Positions 25,801-40,400 are shown, counted from the first letter of the whole stretch. The stretch is DNA of 63,957 bases, filler included, from Choristocarpus tenellus KU-1152 (GCA_964200185.2; 11 parts of 11 records of this genome joined end to end with filler, not necessarily neighbours in it), one strand, 5' to 3'. The notes: generated from the sequence alone by a model not told the origin. Numbers and translations: made by a program.

Positions 25801-28800
25801 TGTAATCGTCAATTTACCACACGCGTTCAAAAGGGATATTGTCTGCTTCTAACCTTGACCAAGCAATGCCCGTCCAAAGTGATCGCGAACTATTTGCCAG
25901 TTCCACTACTGCACCTGCTATAGTGGGCCCGGAGCAATTGTGAACGGAGCATGGAGTCCGGGTTTGGACCATACTTAAGGCATTTACAATCCCACAGTGT
26001 CGGCCCACAACCTGTCAGGGAATCGACGATGTCTATTGTGCAAATTACCTTGGGAGGTAATGCTATTTGTTAGTAGTGAAGATAAGAAGGTGTGAAGCCT
26101 CACACGACCCCNNNNNNNNNNNNNNNNNNNNNNNNNNNNNNNNNNNNNNNNNNNNTTAATTAATTAANNNNNNNNNNNNNNNNNNNNNNNNNNNNNNNNN
26201 NNNNNNNNNNNTTACTATTAGACTACAGTATATATTACAGCCTGCATTATAGTCTCCCCCCCCCCTCCCCCCCCCAATTCCTCTCCCTCTTCTGATTTCA
26301 TAGTCTTACACCAAAATATGAACTACCCAACTCGATAACCTCGTTTCTCTCATCACTAGAGGACGGTTCCTGTGACGCAGTATCATAGATGAAAATCAAC
26401 CAATTGACATCCATGCCGAAAGAGGCCACACACAAAGCCAATAGAGCAGTTGCCTCCACCATTTCCATCTCCTCTCACACAGACAAATAATACTGTTAGC
26501 TCAAGCCCAAAGTCTCCTTAATAACTCTCCTTCTCCTGCTGTAAGGGCAGCAGCACCCTTCTGTGCTGGTTACACATGCTGGATATAGTACCATCACAGC
26601 TCTCTCTCCCCCCCTCTCTCTCTACTCATATGATATACACATCTTTATATTGTCTGACATACCTGTAGTATGAACATCCACAGTAGATTGCTTAGTTAAT
26701 AATAAATCAAATTTCTTGCCATGCTATCTTCACATGTACTTGGACCATGGATCAAGTGTCTACTAACAAGAGTGATCTTTCCCCCCCCCTCCCTTGTCAA
26801 GCAGCGAAACGATAGTTACTTAATGGAAATATTGGTATTGTATTATTGATGAAAAAGGCTCGAACAGAATAGCAAGGAGGAAGTATTAAGGGATAGAAGT
26901 AGAATAGAAACTGAAGGTGGACTGACTAAAGATGTCTGAAGTCTCAATGATAAAGAACAAACAATACATTGCCAACAGACTGATAGGCCTCAAGGTAGAC
27001 TAGGTAAAGATTGTCTCCATGGATAAGGCTAGCTCACTCAATTTTGACCAATTGCTTACAATGATATACACAACCAATCTTCTGGGCAGTGCTGGGGAAC
27101 ATTGTTACTTAACTCCCCCCCCACCTGTCCATGTCAGAATAACATTGCATTGGATTCCATCTCTCGAACATAGTGCAGCCCAAAGACAAAGACATCTATC
27201 GCTGCACCATATACAATGAAATTACTCACAATGACACAACAGTCGCCTTTCATCCTCTCACTATTTTCAAATCACTAGTAAGCATTTCCCTTTCCAACAT
27301 AAACAAAGAGTCATTCAATAAAAAAGAGGTAAGGTTTCATACTAACTCACTCACTCCCTTCCATCCCCAGGCGACACTTCAAATTGACATCCATAATTCC
27401 TCTGCTACACATTGAATAGGATTGCAGTCAACGACACCCAATCCTAACCCAAATCACCTCTAAACCAAAAGAGTACCCCAATTGTCTCAAAGAACTAGAA
27501 GCGTTGTATTGGTCAGTCTTCAAACACAAAATATCGGTACAGAACAACCATGCCAGTCATGCAGGGGACATAGATAGGGTCAGGGCTTACTAGGCAATAC
27601 AATATGACCATGAAAGAAACCGTTGACAGTGTGTTGAGTGATACCTTACACCACCAGGGATGTACTTAGTATTGTCATCTGGAACCATCAACTCCCCCAA
27701 ATTGGGCAAAGATTACCCCATCTCTGATGCATAGTGAAAGCAGTGACCCAACACAATGTGGAACACTAACCCTACAAATAGTTAATCCCATTACCATTAG
27801 CAATAATGAAACCCCAACTTGTTTGAATGTTACTGCATGGTGTTCTGCATGTGTGGAAGTGTGAAGTGTGCCTGGGTGTCAATGCATAGAGCAATGGTCA
27901 ACAAGCATATCTTGGTTGTGACTGAGAATCCCATCCATAGTATCACTACTCCACCAGTCATTTTCTCTGAGAAAGAAGATTCTTCCACAAGGTCACTCCC
28001 ACTCTCATTGTCATTTCAAAATAGCAGTTCCTACTTGCAATATTACATTCAAGTGGAGCTAGCAACAGAATATTAAAGTGGTCCACATCTTGTTTCTGCA
28101 GAAATTCCACAATCACTACTACAAAATACACACATATCAAGACCAAGTGCCTTCCTCATACTCTCCTCTCTCTGCATCTCTAATTGGATAACATTTCCAA
28201 CTACAAAAAATATTGAAAAAAATGGAAACACATGAAAGTGAACATATTCAAAACCTGTAGTAGCTCTTACATCCCCACTGATGGGTCCTAGTACAAAATG
28301 TGCAAGGTCAATTTTCTTCAAAGCAGTAACAAAAAATCACACTGTAGTGTTGGTAGAAACATAAAATAGACGACACGTTAATAGCCACTTAGATCTACAA
28401 CTCATTATATTCTATATCCATCTTAGAAAGAAATTATAACAAACCTAACTCTTACCCTAGCCACCCTATCTTCGTATCAATAATACAAGGAGCACAAGCA
28501 TGCACAACTGCCCTCTTAACCTCCATAATATTATTTTTTAAAACCTTACCTTTTCTTTACACCTGTCAGCACAATTGCCACTCTGTTCACAACCACAGAA
28601 TCCCTAGGCCAACCAAACAACTGTCAAATCTAACCCTAACCCTAACCCTGAGTAGGCAGGAACAGTACCAAAAGACTGAGAATAAAATATATACATACAT
28701 AGACACACACACACACACATACACATGTTAGTCCCAACCTATCTCTACACAGTTGAAGAGAAAGTGTGCTTTGTTGAGGGCAGAGTAGCTGTAGTCAGGC

Positions 28801-28847
28801 AAAAACATGCAACATGCTGAGCATGGTAACCTGGATACCAAGGTGCA

Positions 28848-28993
28848 GAGTGAAAGTATCTTAGGTACAAGTTTTTCCCTGTTTGTCCATTTGGGGCTTG
28901 GCTTCCCATGGGTTTTTTTATGACATTTTCCTACTCCCAAATATTTCGGAGTAGGAAAAATGTGTATGTGATGAAATGTGTGTCCGGAACAAG
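28848..28993 (+). mobile_element. MITE family A, truncated by the contig end
   Basis: gagtgaaagtatcttaggtacaagtttttccctgtttgtccatttggggcttgg... Confidence 0.85.
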
Positions 28994-29095
28994 NNNNNNN
29001 NNNNNNNNNNNNNNNNNNNNNNNNNNNNNNNNNNNNNTTAATTAATTAANNNNNNNNNNNNNNNNNNNNNNNNNNNNNNNNNNNNNNNNNNNNTC

Positions 29096-30501
29096 AGGAC
29101 TATAGTCTTGATTATTTAGAGACCTCTGCCCTCACTCCTTCCCCCTCATCAGTTGGACCGATGGCCAGTATGGCATGTGAGTTGGATTTGCCTTTGGGGC
29201 ACCTAGATGTGGAGTAGGCATTTATTCAATCTGACTTGGATGAGGAGGTTCACATGCGCCTCCAACAGGGATGTGGAGATCTCTCTTATACAAACGTTCA
29301 CCTTCACAAGTCCCTATACTGTTTAGGGCAAGCCTCTAGGACTTGGAATACAAAGCTGGTTTCCACCCTTAAGCGCAATGGTTTTAAGCAGTGTCTGATT
29401 GACCCGTGTATATAACAGCCGATTTCAAAAATTGAGGATGGAGCTTTTCATTGAGGATGGGCTTGACCCAAAATTGACTGGGATAAAGTGTCGATATGAT
29501 TTTTTTTGTTATATTTAGATTCAGGAGGGATGGTGTTATTAAGATGATGCTTGCCATTCATGTGGATGATATGATGGTTTTGGGGTCTTGTGATGATTGC
29601 AATGATCTTTGTGCTTCCCTCAATGGTGAGTTCCCAACCCAAGAACTTGGCTATTTGTCTCAGTTTTCTGGCTGTATTTACTCAAGAGATTGGAAGCGCA
29701 GTACACGCTCCATTATGTAAACCACTTACATTGACAGCTTATGTGAACGTTTCTCTATCCAATTGACCACTCCCATCCCTGCAGCTCCATCCAAAAAGCT
29801 TGGAATTAGGGAGGGGGACAAGATCTCAAATGATTGTCCCTTCTGAGAGGTGGTTGGAGGATTGATGTGGGTCAGCAACATGACCAGGCCAGATGTGGCT
29901 AATGCAGTAAGAGCTGTTGCCTGTCATTTGCATGCCCCGAGCCAAGTACATTGGAGAGCTGTGACCCAGATCCTCAAGTATCTCAAAGGGAAGCGAGAGC
30001 TGGGTTTAGTCTACCAGAAACGCACAGGATTGGACTTGATGACCTATGCTGATGCAGATTTTACCAATGAGTCCTTTGACAGACGTTCTGTATTGGGGGG
30101 TTAGTGGTGTGAGAGGGGGCAGCAGTTTCTTGGCTTTCCAGGACTCAACGTGTCATAGTACAGTCGACTGCAGAAGCAGAGTACATAGCCATGGGGGACT
30201 GTGTGAAGGAGTTGTTTTTGTGAGGTGTTTTGGAGTTCTTGCAACCTGATAGGACTGGGTCATGTTAGTGTATGAGGACAACACAGGAGTCATCCATTTG
30301 GCTAACAACCCATTGAGTTCTGGCAGGACTAAGTATATAGATGTGCGACATCATTTCCTAAGGGACTTGGTAGCCAATGGAGAAATAAGGATTGTTCGTG
30401 TTACCTCAGATGAGCAGCATGCAGATTTATTGACCAAGGCTATACCAGAAATATCGTTTTGGAGGCATGCAGGGTCTTTGCTAAATTTAGACTATGCTTA
30501 G
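29096..30501 (+). mobile_element. Ty1/Copia pol remnant (RT and RNase H), decayed
   Basis: Motifs HLDVE*AFIQSDLDEEVHM, LHKSLYCLGQASRTW, IHVDDMMV, VGGLMWVSNMTRPDVANAV, YADADF...DRRSV, STAEAEYIAM and YEDNTGVIHLANNPLSSGRTKYIDVRHHFLRD...QHADLLTKA. Contains stops and frameshifts. Confidence 0.95.
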
Positions 30502-30656
30502 TGGTATATTTCTTGCTGAATTTGAATGTTTTTGTTTGGATTTATTTCATTTCAATGGGTTCAATAGCTGGTGGTTTTCTTGTCATATAAGATTGACCTT
30601 AGGAGTCTCCTGGGATCCATAATTGTTTTCTTGTCAGTTCTCGAGAGTTGTTTGAG

Positions 30657-30704
30657 CTAGGGAGGGTGTTCGATTAGACTCTTAGAACTCTATCGGACAG
30701 TTAA
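30657..30704 (+). repeat. Copia polypurine tract and start of the 3' LTR
   Basis: tagggaggg followed directly by TGTT, about 160 bp after the pol stop codon. Confidence 0.6.
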
Positions 30705-30966
30705 GAGCCAAAGTATCTTAAAGAGTAGAGCCGCGTCCATTTGGGGGTCAAAATCCAATGTTGCGATTTTGATGTAATTTTGGCTATCGTGTTTGTTACG
30801 AAGTGTCAACATCTATGGTTCCGGACACAATTTTTCGTAACATATACATTTTACATACTCCTAAACATTTTGGAGTAGGAAAATGCCTTTTTTAAGAAAA
30901 CATGGGAAGCTAAGCCCCAAATGGACAAACAGGAAAAAACTCGTACCCTCTAAGATATTTTCACTC
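30705..30966 (-). mobile_element. MITE family A, full length, TTAA TSD, inserted in the Copia LTR
   Basis: ttaa|gagccaaagtatctta ... taccctctaagatattttcactc|ttaa. Confidence 0.92.
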
Positions 30967-31189
30967 TTAAGGTCAAATATGCATGGAGTAAGAGAACAAT
31001 CATTAGTGGTTGAGTTATCAGAACCTTTTACTGGTGATTAGCTGTATGAGAAAAGTTCTCATATAAAAGGAATATTTATGATTTTGTGGGGTGCTGCATG
31101 CCCCACTTAGCTTTAATCAATCACTCTACAGACATTAAGCAATCTCGCTGGGTTTATCACCTTTATCCCCTTTGATGATTTGGCAGATA

Positions 31190-31480
31190 CTATAACATGC
31201 GACTCTTGTGCCGCACCTTCGTCGAGCTTACCTTTTCCTCCCCTGGGAACATGCGCACCCTTTCTTGTTTGTGGATGATGTAGAACCACGCCTTGTCGAT
31301 GTGAATGGTGTTGGGGCCAGTCCTGTAGGTTTTATGATTGCGGGAGATTTGATCGAGGATGAATTCCACTCTGTTCTTCTTGTGAGACAAAAAGGCCAGG
31401 TGTGGCGTGCCACTGAACCCTCGCTGCTCCCATGGCTTCGAGCCAGTGATGAAGCTTTGAGCTGCCGTCTGTGAGGCCTG
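31190..31480 (-). mobile_element. Tc1/mariner transposase fragment, plant/oomycete DD39D type
   Basis: KKNRVEFILDQI...TIHIDKAWFYIIHKQERVRMFPGEEKVSSTKVRHKSRM matches the IHIDEKWFY...GE.....KS..I motif around the first catalytic Asp. Confidence 0.75.
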
Positions 31481-32081
31481 CTTTGGCGAGCTTGGTGGAA
31501 AGTTGATTGAGTGTTAGCGTGCGATTGCTGGTGTTGATTTCCCGGATCTTTGGTTATTTCATTGGTGTAAAGTCCAGATTGTGCTTGTGATTTTAGAGAG
31601 ATAGTATTTCCCTAGTCTAACTGTTCGTTGACCCGTGCCCACACAAACGTTTTTGTCAATTTTAACCCCACATTCCTCGGGAGCGTCTCGTGACCTGGAG
31701 GAAGAGCCAATGCATAATGCAGAGAAAGTACGATGCAGACCTTCCTTGGTCAGCTCGCAGTTCTTTCCCCGAGACAGTGGACTTTGTACTGGGGACGACG
31801 GACTGGTGGGTACTCGCTATGAACGGGGGATTCGCAAAATTGAGGCAGGAGCGGGACTATNNNNNNNNNNNNNNNNNNNNNNNNNNNNNNNNNNNNNNNN
31901 NNNNTTAATTAATTAANNNNNNNNNNNNNNNNNNNNNNNNNNNNNNNNNNNNNNNNNNNNCCCCCTCCCCCTCGCCCTTCCCCCCCCCCCCCCCCCCCAC
32001 CCCCCCCCCCCCCCCGCCTGAACAAAACAAGTCACTTTTTTTTTTTGTTTCTTCACAAAATAAATAAATAAAATCACGCAC

Positions 32082-32856
32082 CTGCATCACCCTCTTCTCC
32101 AGCGACGATATTTCCTGTTGGAGGTTTGCATAGCGTATCTCATCAGCCTCCCTCCTCACAAACGTCTGTAACACACATCAGAGACAAACACAGGAAGGAT
32201 CAACACACAGAGGACAGAATGCACGTAGAATGAGACGCACCTAGATTGGCATGCAGCACGAGATGCACGTAGGCATGTGTGTGACTGTGCGTGGGCCCAT
32301 GTCGCAGGGACATTTGCTCTTAGTCAGGCGAGAGAAAAAGAGTTGAAGTCCTCTAGATGTATCGGTCGAGGACTGATATAGGGTTAGGGAAATATGGACC
32401 CTGACGATGGGTGTAAGAGCAAGGGCGGCAGAGAGGGGACATCGCCAAGCAAAAAAAGAGGCAAAGCACAAGGGACTTGGTATGGGGGTGGAACAGCACT
32501 GCACACCACTGCACGGAGGGACTGATTTTGATTGGTCGGTTTCCATGGCGGTTTTTGCATACTCCTGGTAGTTCAACAGCCTGTAACTGTAACGATGACG
32601 GACGGAAGGTCTCTTAAGTCCCTTAGGTGTTAATAAATTGCATGTCTAAGCAACCAATCGCTCTTATCTCACCCTCCAAGAACGAAACGTGAGTTTTAAC
32701 CCTTGTTTCTCAACTCTGATTCACATCAAACACCCCCCCCACTCAACCACATCCCCACCTCTTTCCCTAACCCTAACTCGATACACACTGCGGCATTCAA
32801 GAAACAAAAGAGATGCTGTTGAGACCTCTTATTCTTGCCTCTGGTTCATTACACCC

Positions 32857-32899
<43 letters not shown>

Positions 32900-35284
32900 C
32901 ACACACATCTATTCTCATGTCATTTACCCTCTTCTCAAGTTCCCCTATCTCCTTCTGAAGCAGAGCAAAGTCTGATTTTTCTTCTTGTCGAATGTCGAAC
33001 TTCACGCTGTCCATATCCCTCTGTACCAACTCCTTCAGGTGGCGTTGTGCAATGTCTAACAAACGCGCACACACACACACAGCAAATTACTCTAGATGGT
33101 CAGCTCAGTAGAGGTAATACTCAAAGAGGATTTGCAAGGAAAAAATAACCTGAATTTAGTTCAAGTCGCGGGCTCTGCTACTAGGTACTACTCTACTATA
33201 CCACATGCAGCGTTACTCTTGTCTCAAGTACCACCTGTCCTTGTCACATCCTTCTCAAAATCTGCATGGGCATACCGGAACAAACTTGGAAGGGGGACTG
33301 TACACACTCTTTAACTTCATCTCCAGTTGGCTCTTGAACACCCTACCCCAATGAAAGAAACTTGACAAGTCCAAATACACTGCACAACCCCCCCCCCCCC
33401 CCCCCCCCCCCCTTTTTTTTTTTTTTTCTAGACATTTTTTTTTCTTATTTTTTGTGAAAGTGTTGCATATCGCACACTCCCTCTGTTCAGCATTGGTTCG
33501 ACCAGTTCTAGAGGATGAAAAGAAAATTAACACTTCATCAGGAAGGCGTAGTAGAGGAGCAGTTACACAAAGAGTTGGACTTGGATGAAATTTCAGGTCG
33601 TTACCTCACAATGAGCTTTTTTTTCTTTTCTTTGCAACACTCTCACAAACAGTACTGAGAATCTGAATAACACCTTCTTACACTTTCAGCCTGCCTTGCA
33701 AATTGTTGATTTGAACTGGTGCTGAGCAGAGAAATGAGTAAGAGCAACTTTCTGCAGTGCAGAATATGGAAAAAAAATTGCAAAAAAAAATCGACGTACG
33801 ATATACTGTACCATGCCATCCATATCTACGATGAAAACGCAACACTATCACATACCGTACTTCAACTTAGAAACAAAATATACAATCAACAAAAAAAAAA
33901 GCTTGCTGCAAAATAGGTGGTAAAAATTTGACTCAAGAGGTAACAAACAGGGGTGGATGGGTGGGAAGGGGATGGTATGCTCTAAAGCGTATCAGCAAGA
34001 AGTTTCTCTTTGGAATAGTATATTGATGCTGCAAACAATGGTTAGATTTAGCCATGCCAGGCCTCAATTAGAGATTCTCACCAAATTTGAGGGTTGAGTT
34101 GAAAACTTTTTCTATGAGCTCTGACTTGAAATCCACAAGGTCCTGCTTTGTTGCCACCTGGCAGCCAGAACACAGGGAGGGGTGGGGCAGGGGTTATCAA
34201 TTACAGAAGAGTGGTGTCATGACACAGGATCAGCCAACATGCTATAGGTAAGCTTGGCGGCTTTGTGTTAGGAGGAAGGCAAGGGAGGGAATATTTATTT
34301 GCCATTGAAGTAGTCAAGGACACACACTACACATCGCTGTGATCAACTTCTTAGGACCCCCACATTCTCCTGTCATTTAGTCTTTCTTCAAAAAATTAAC
34401 TACACTGCAGCGAAGTACAACCAACAACAACAAAGTAACGAAAAACAAGAGTAAGTATGTACCAACAAAATACAAGAGTAAGTATGCACCAACAAAATAC
34501 AAGTACCAGTATGCACCAACAGGAGTAGAATAGTTTGGGACTTTGCAGGAGTAGAGTACACCCATACACAGCCATGTGGCACACACCAACACTAATATGT
34601 CAACAACAATACAGAAAAGACCACTGCTACTGCTCTGTCATGTGAATACACACTTGTATCTCAATTGTAGTATGCATTCTGACAAACTCTCCTTTCTTTG
34701 CAGAAAAAAGACTTCATGATCGGGATCGATCAATCACACACACACACACACCAGCACTATTTGCTTGTCGTTAGCCTCTGTGATAGCCAGGAGAACCTGA
34801 TCCATTAGAGCCACGGCCTGGTCTCGTGGAATCCCCTTCTTCTCGAGAGATTCAACAAACTGCAATGAGCACAAGGCAGGGTTGGCGGAGGGTAGTGTGT
34901 TTGACCCATGAAAAAAATTCTGAATATGGAGGCCAGGGACACCATTAGCAAGTGCAAACCTACATCAAGGAAAGGAGAAGCTTATGGATTGGTTTAAATG
35001 ACAAGAAGCAATCCTGTCGCCAACTTGCACAGGCAATCTCTCTGTGTGGAAGTTCATCATTTCACCAAATGAGACTGATTCTCATCTCGGAAGGATTCCT
35101 AGCGAAGAGGATAAAAGTAATGGAATGACAAGGGATGGTCACAAGAAAACAATCCATGCCAGAGTCTTCTTGCACTGCGAGGATTGAAGAGAGTCTCAGT
35201 GCACCTTGTTGTCCTCACCCGGTAGGTGTCGAACGACCCATGCCCGGCTCTCGGTGTCTCTGCATAGGGTGTGGGGCACACATC
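32082..35284 (-). CDS. DUF1640 / CCDC90-MCUR1-FMP32-like mitochondrial coiled-coil protein, partial (exons 35284-35219, 34859-34752, 34157-34082, 33055-32928, 32165-32082)
   Basis: In-frame join: GSFDTYR|FVESLEKKGIPRDQAVALMDQVLLAITEANDKQIVL|VATKQDLVDFKSELIEKVFNSTLKF|DIAQRHLKELV...EKSDFALLQKEIGELEKR|TFVRR...SLEKRVMQ. FDT..FV..LE..G....QA and VATK.DL are DUF1640 hallmarks. Both ends are cut by linkers. Confidence 0.85.
34445..34520. repeat. 27-bp intronic tandem repeat, about 3 copies
   Basis: caagagtaagtatg(t/c)accaacaaaata repeated. Confidence 0.75.
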
Positions 35285-37451
35285 NNNNNNNNNNNNNNNN
35301 NNNNNNNNNNNNNNNNNNNNNNNNNNNNTTAATTAATTAANNNNNNNNNNNNNNNNNNNNNNNNNNNNNNNNNNNNNNNNNNNNCCCCCCCAGATACTTT
35401 GGGTCTGTTACAGGTGTTTGTTCTAACCCTTAATTCCCTCTCTCAGGGTGATCGTATATTATTTTCACTCTCTGCTATTTTCTGAGACGTCAGTATTGTG
35501 CCGAGGTGGACAGGGTATTATTGTGAATTGACCGTATGACCTTGATTAGTCTGATAACTTGGCGCCTATGTGAGGTCAAGCATTCAACGTTGGAGATGTA
35601 TTTTACTTTGCGCAGGTTTGGTATTCGCGTACCTGCATCTAAACACTAGCTTAAGGTTGTTGAGGTTAGAGAATTGGTGGTAACTTCAGCAGGCTTGTTA
35701 CTAATTCAGACCTGAAATACTCTTGGTGAGAGTAAAAAAATGGTATCACCAAGTCAGCAAATTGTGTGATTGAGCATGAGATCTGACAACACGTATCTTG
35801 ATGATACATCTAACAGGACGATTTAGAGTGGGGGGTGGTAACTGTCGGGTTCCTCGTGAAGAGTAGGCCCTGTTGGACATACATGTCAATGCCAGCAATC
35901 CATCAAGGACAAACCTATCGCGGGCGAAAACGGCGAGGCCTTCCACACGGTAATTGAAACAGTCTGATAGGCGAATGTGACATGGTACAACAAACTGACA
36001 CCTTTGTCCAGAGTACGACTTCATCACTCCATTCCTTTGACAAAAAAAAATCTCTGGAGTGTACACACCGTCACTGTTGCTAATACCACCCCTAAAAACA
36101 CGTTCTTGAGAATTTTGGCGAGTGTAACAAATTGACATGCTTGCTACATGAGAGCTTTTTAAAGTACCTTGAAACGATCTTCTGCCCCTGGTTCTTATGC
36201 CTACCTACTAATTTCATGTTCTGAATGGTGTCAAATGAGATTGGCTTACCCAACTAGGCAAGCATCATTTCTTACATTATTATATATTTGCCTCCAGGTG
36301 TACCCACAGCGAATAGGCCAAACGAATTGAGAGGTTGGCAGGCAGGTTTGGACCCTTCTTTGTGTTCTAGGCCACTTTTCTTAACCTGCAAATTACACTC
36401 TATTTCTTTGCATTATGTGCACAAAATAGTGCTCGCAAAATGGATATTTCGCCTTTCCACACACAGAGTGACACCACAATTCAACAAAGAAGGCTCTTTC
36501 TGCAATTGTACAAAATAGGATACTTTCTCCTTCTCAGAATCCTTAAAATACAACCCTGCCTACCTCTCTGTTGGTTTGACCCAACAACCCATAATACTAA
36601 GACAAAGGTTTCTCAAAGTAGATATTCTTCCTCCACTTGATATCATGCCAGACATAATGATATCGACAATCGGAAGTGCTGCTCGTAAATCTCATTTCCG
36701 ACGAAAATACAGTTGTGGATTCCACCCTTCTCATGATCATGCGAGGACAACCATAAAACAAAATAACACATGGACAAAGAGCACAACATGACCCATATTG
36801 AACATTTAGTTGCACTTCATTGACGGGAGAACGATAACAACATTCATTTATAGACGGACGCTAGCTACCTCGGTTCCTTGCCTGGTTGGAAGGAGGATAA
36901 TAGCGATTTTTTAGTCGTCATTGTTTTACCAATGGATTGAAACGTGAATGCTCTCCCTAGGACGTCGAAACCATATCATTTTCAAGGCAGTTCATGCTGC
37001 ACATGGACATTCCATCACTATTTCCACCTCCCTACTCTCTAAGATTCATCCTTGCAAATATTGTTGTGCAGCAAAAATGATCCCTATCGCTGCTTAATAA
37101 TCCTAGGAAACACAAAATAAACCTGCTTGAAAGAGCTTGTGCCCATGAAGATGATGCCCTCCTTGGCTGGTAGCTCAGATAAACACATAAAAATAGTGTA
37201 AAATGCTTCGTGGTTCCCTCTACATACAGGCCACAAGTCAATTTCTACTCTCTCTCGTTTACCAGACATGTACTCCTCTCAAAATCTGCTTATGCAAAAG
37301 CTGGTTGACACCAAGATTTTGGGAATAGTAAACCCTATATACTTTGAAGTGTACAAGGGTACGAACTAAGTTCCAGAGTTCTATATCCCCACCCAAAATT
37401 GTCAATGCATGATACTATCCCTACTCCAAATCACAGCAATGACAACAACAC

Positions 37452-40400
37452 CTACAACTGGCACTTCTCATCCGTCCAATCATGAGAGCACAGATAACGC
37501 ACAAATCTTTCCAGGCTCTTTACATGTCCTACGCGACCAACTCTACCTTGTCTCCGTGTACAGGCTTCAAGAAGCACACTCCAAGCAATGGCTTCACCCA
37601 CTCTAATCGTAACACATAACAGCCTTCGAGGGTGTGTCAAACAAATTGCTCCTTGATCACTCCCCTTTTCTGTCCTAGCCAATTCTAGCAGGGCTGACAT
37701 GTCACTCGAACTCAGCTTGAGCCCTTGTAGCTCTTCATAGCAAAGAGTATAAAATATTTGCAAGGCCTTCAACTCCACCTTATTCGAGGGCAACTGCTCC
37801 TCCCCCTGAACCGGATTGATCTTGGAAAGGCACATCAGTGCGACTTTAGCTGCCAAACCTTTTTCAGGAGATGATGCTCTCCTTTCCAGAACCCTTCTCT
37901 CACAACCAGAACATTCTGATTTCCTCCTGTCCCCCTTCAACTCCTCCCTACTGCTCTCAACCTCACTCCTCTTACTACGTGTACTCCTTAGACCATCAGT
38001 ACTACCCAGATCACCTCCTTGACCCCATTCACCCCCAACAACATATTCAAGGTCTGAGGATTCCAACGCAATGAGACACAAGAAAGGAAGGACTGCCTCG
38101 ATCAACGCATCTGCCGGCCCCTCAACCAGCACACTCGGTAGGGGCCTGTGTCGGAGATCAAGTGAGGCAGTTGACACCCCTCCTTGGTAGGCCGACATGA
38201 CAGGCAGGGAGAGTACTTCCTCCTTTAAGGCAAAAAGGGGGTCTGAATTTGATAGAGACAGGGAAACCTCACAGGTGGCATCAACTGGAAGTGCCATAGC
38301 CTCATCAGCCCTCAAACCATACCAACCCACATTGGAACCCCCCCAAAAAGGCTCTGGGGGTAATGTGAGCACCACGTAGCCAAAAGAGAAGAGTCGTTTT
38401 GCATTGTCCATATCTCCATATGTGGTGAACACCTGTTGATCGGTAGAGTATCTCCGGTCGGTAGTCAATACCACCTCATCAACCTCTGTGAAGATGCCAT
38501 CTCCAGGGCACACAGCATATGCCACCTTGTCATCGTGGTTGGCAAAGTCAATCAGAGGCATCAGCAGGTAGCCTGGTCGGCTGCCAGACAAAGTGCACAA
38601 TAACAAACAACCACATGCATAGTGGGCGGAGATGGAAAAATTAGAGCGCAACTCGAATGAGCCACGAGAAATGGTGTGGGAAGTAATCGGAGACAATCCA
38701 CACATGCTATTATTAGTCACTTTCTGAAAATTCTGCATGTGAGACCATCAATACGTTAAGCAGGCAAATGAGCAAGACAGCCTTGAAAAATCTTGAGTCT
38801 CAACAACGGAATAGTGGATGTGGACAAAAAGAGGAAAGTAGGCCTGGACATAGCTCGCAAACAAACATGAAGGCCCATCAATCTAACCAGTTTTTTAAAC
38901 CAGCACTGATCAATGACCCACAATTTTCCATAGGCTTCAACTCAAGTCTCACCAACCTCCTAGTCATCTCTAACTTTAGAAAGCCAGATGCACAACCCTC
39001 ACCTTCCGCCAATCCAATACGCCCGCGACTGCACAAGGCTACGCGCCAGTAACCAATCCCCCTTTTCCAGCCTCCTTAGAGCCTGCTCAAGTTCCTCCAG
39101 TCTCAACTGTTGCCCTCCTTTGGTGATAGGTAGTTTGTCACCTTCCCTGATACCTTCATCACCCACAATCCTCTCCTGACAACCTGCAAATGCTTTCAGG
39201 GCACTGGTCAGGACTTGGGTGATCCGTTCTGTCTCCATCCTAGCCTCCTCTAGAAGAATTAGAGTGTCTCTGAGGAGAAGTGTCCCTGCCAGTCCAGAGC
39301 GATCTTCTTCTTCCCATAGTGCAGGGAGATTGAGGTCGTATGCGCTATGGGGAAGGGTGGCAAGCCAAGGGGCAAAGGTAGATCTGGCATCAAGGCATTG
39401 CTCCAAGAAAAGCTGGAGGGTCACAACACAGGCATCATGGGACGAGGAATGGTCCAGGTCTGGTGTGGGAGTAAGTGCTTGAGGTCTGGGGAGCATGCTG
39501 TGCACCCACGCTCGAAGAGTTTCCGGGGGAGCATCTGAAGGATCTGATGACAGGCAGATCCTGCGTGGAATACTAGCAACCTGTCTTGGGAAAATGATGC
39601 AGTATTGGAAGCAGGGCATGGAGTGTAGTGGTGGAGCTTAACACAAATTATTGAAAGAAATTGCAACACCTAGCTTGAGAACACAAGCCGCGCATTTCAG
39701 CAGCTCCCTATCATGGACCTGGGAATCCATTACACATCAAATAGCACTACTGTACCGATGCATGCTCTGTTGAATACAATCGGATCTTTGATACTGTGCC
39801 TGCCTGGACAGGACTTCACGTTTTATCTTTACCACTATGACCTAAATTACCTCGACAGACTTAAATGGTGAGAAAATGACTCAATACAGTAGTCAAAATC
39901 AATGCAGATGGTGATGTTTTAGGCATGTCATTTTAATTTTACAAATGTAGGCGACATAAATATACACAATGTGGCTATAGCTCAGGCTTCCCCATGCATC
40001 ATAGTGAGACAATGACTGCTAGAGTAGACAGTAAGGAGTTGGATACTGTCTTGTACCTTACATAGCTCACCGTACTGTCCTGCTCCAGGTCCCTAGTCGC
40101 TTCAAGACCTATCCCTATCTGAGGAAAGTATTGAAGTTTGACAGCTGGGAGAAACCCATCACTTCCTCTAGTATCCACACCATTCAACTCCAACCAAATC
40201 TCAAGGTCACGCAGGTGGGACTCTGTTACTCTCGGTGATGCGCCAGCAGAATTTGCATCGTCAGAATTCCCTTTCTTGACCTCAACTGCCACCGTCACTG
40301 TACAAGGTCGTTGGAGAGGTGAGCACCAACGTATGCCACCACTTCGTATACTGGCCCGAATCCCCAAGGATTGACATAGGGCTGGGAGCACAACTAGTGC

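Noticed and set aside
11255-31760. Shared peptide DADLPWS at about 11270 (minus) and about 31735 (plus)
   Set aside because: The similarity does not extend beyond seven residues and is probably coincidental.
19910-31860. MTase-like gene, Gypsy, Copia and mariner pieces read as one composite element or island
   Set aside because: They lie on separate contigs joined by linkers, so physical linkage is unsupported.
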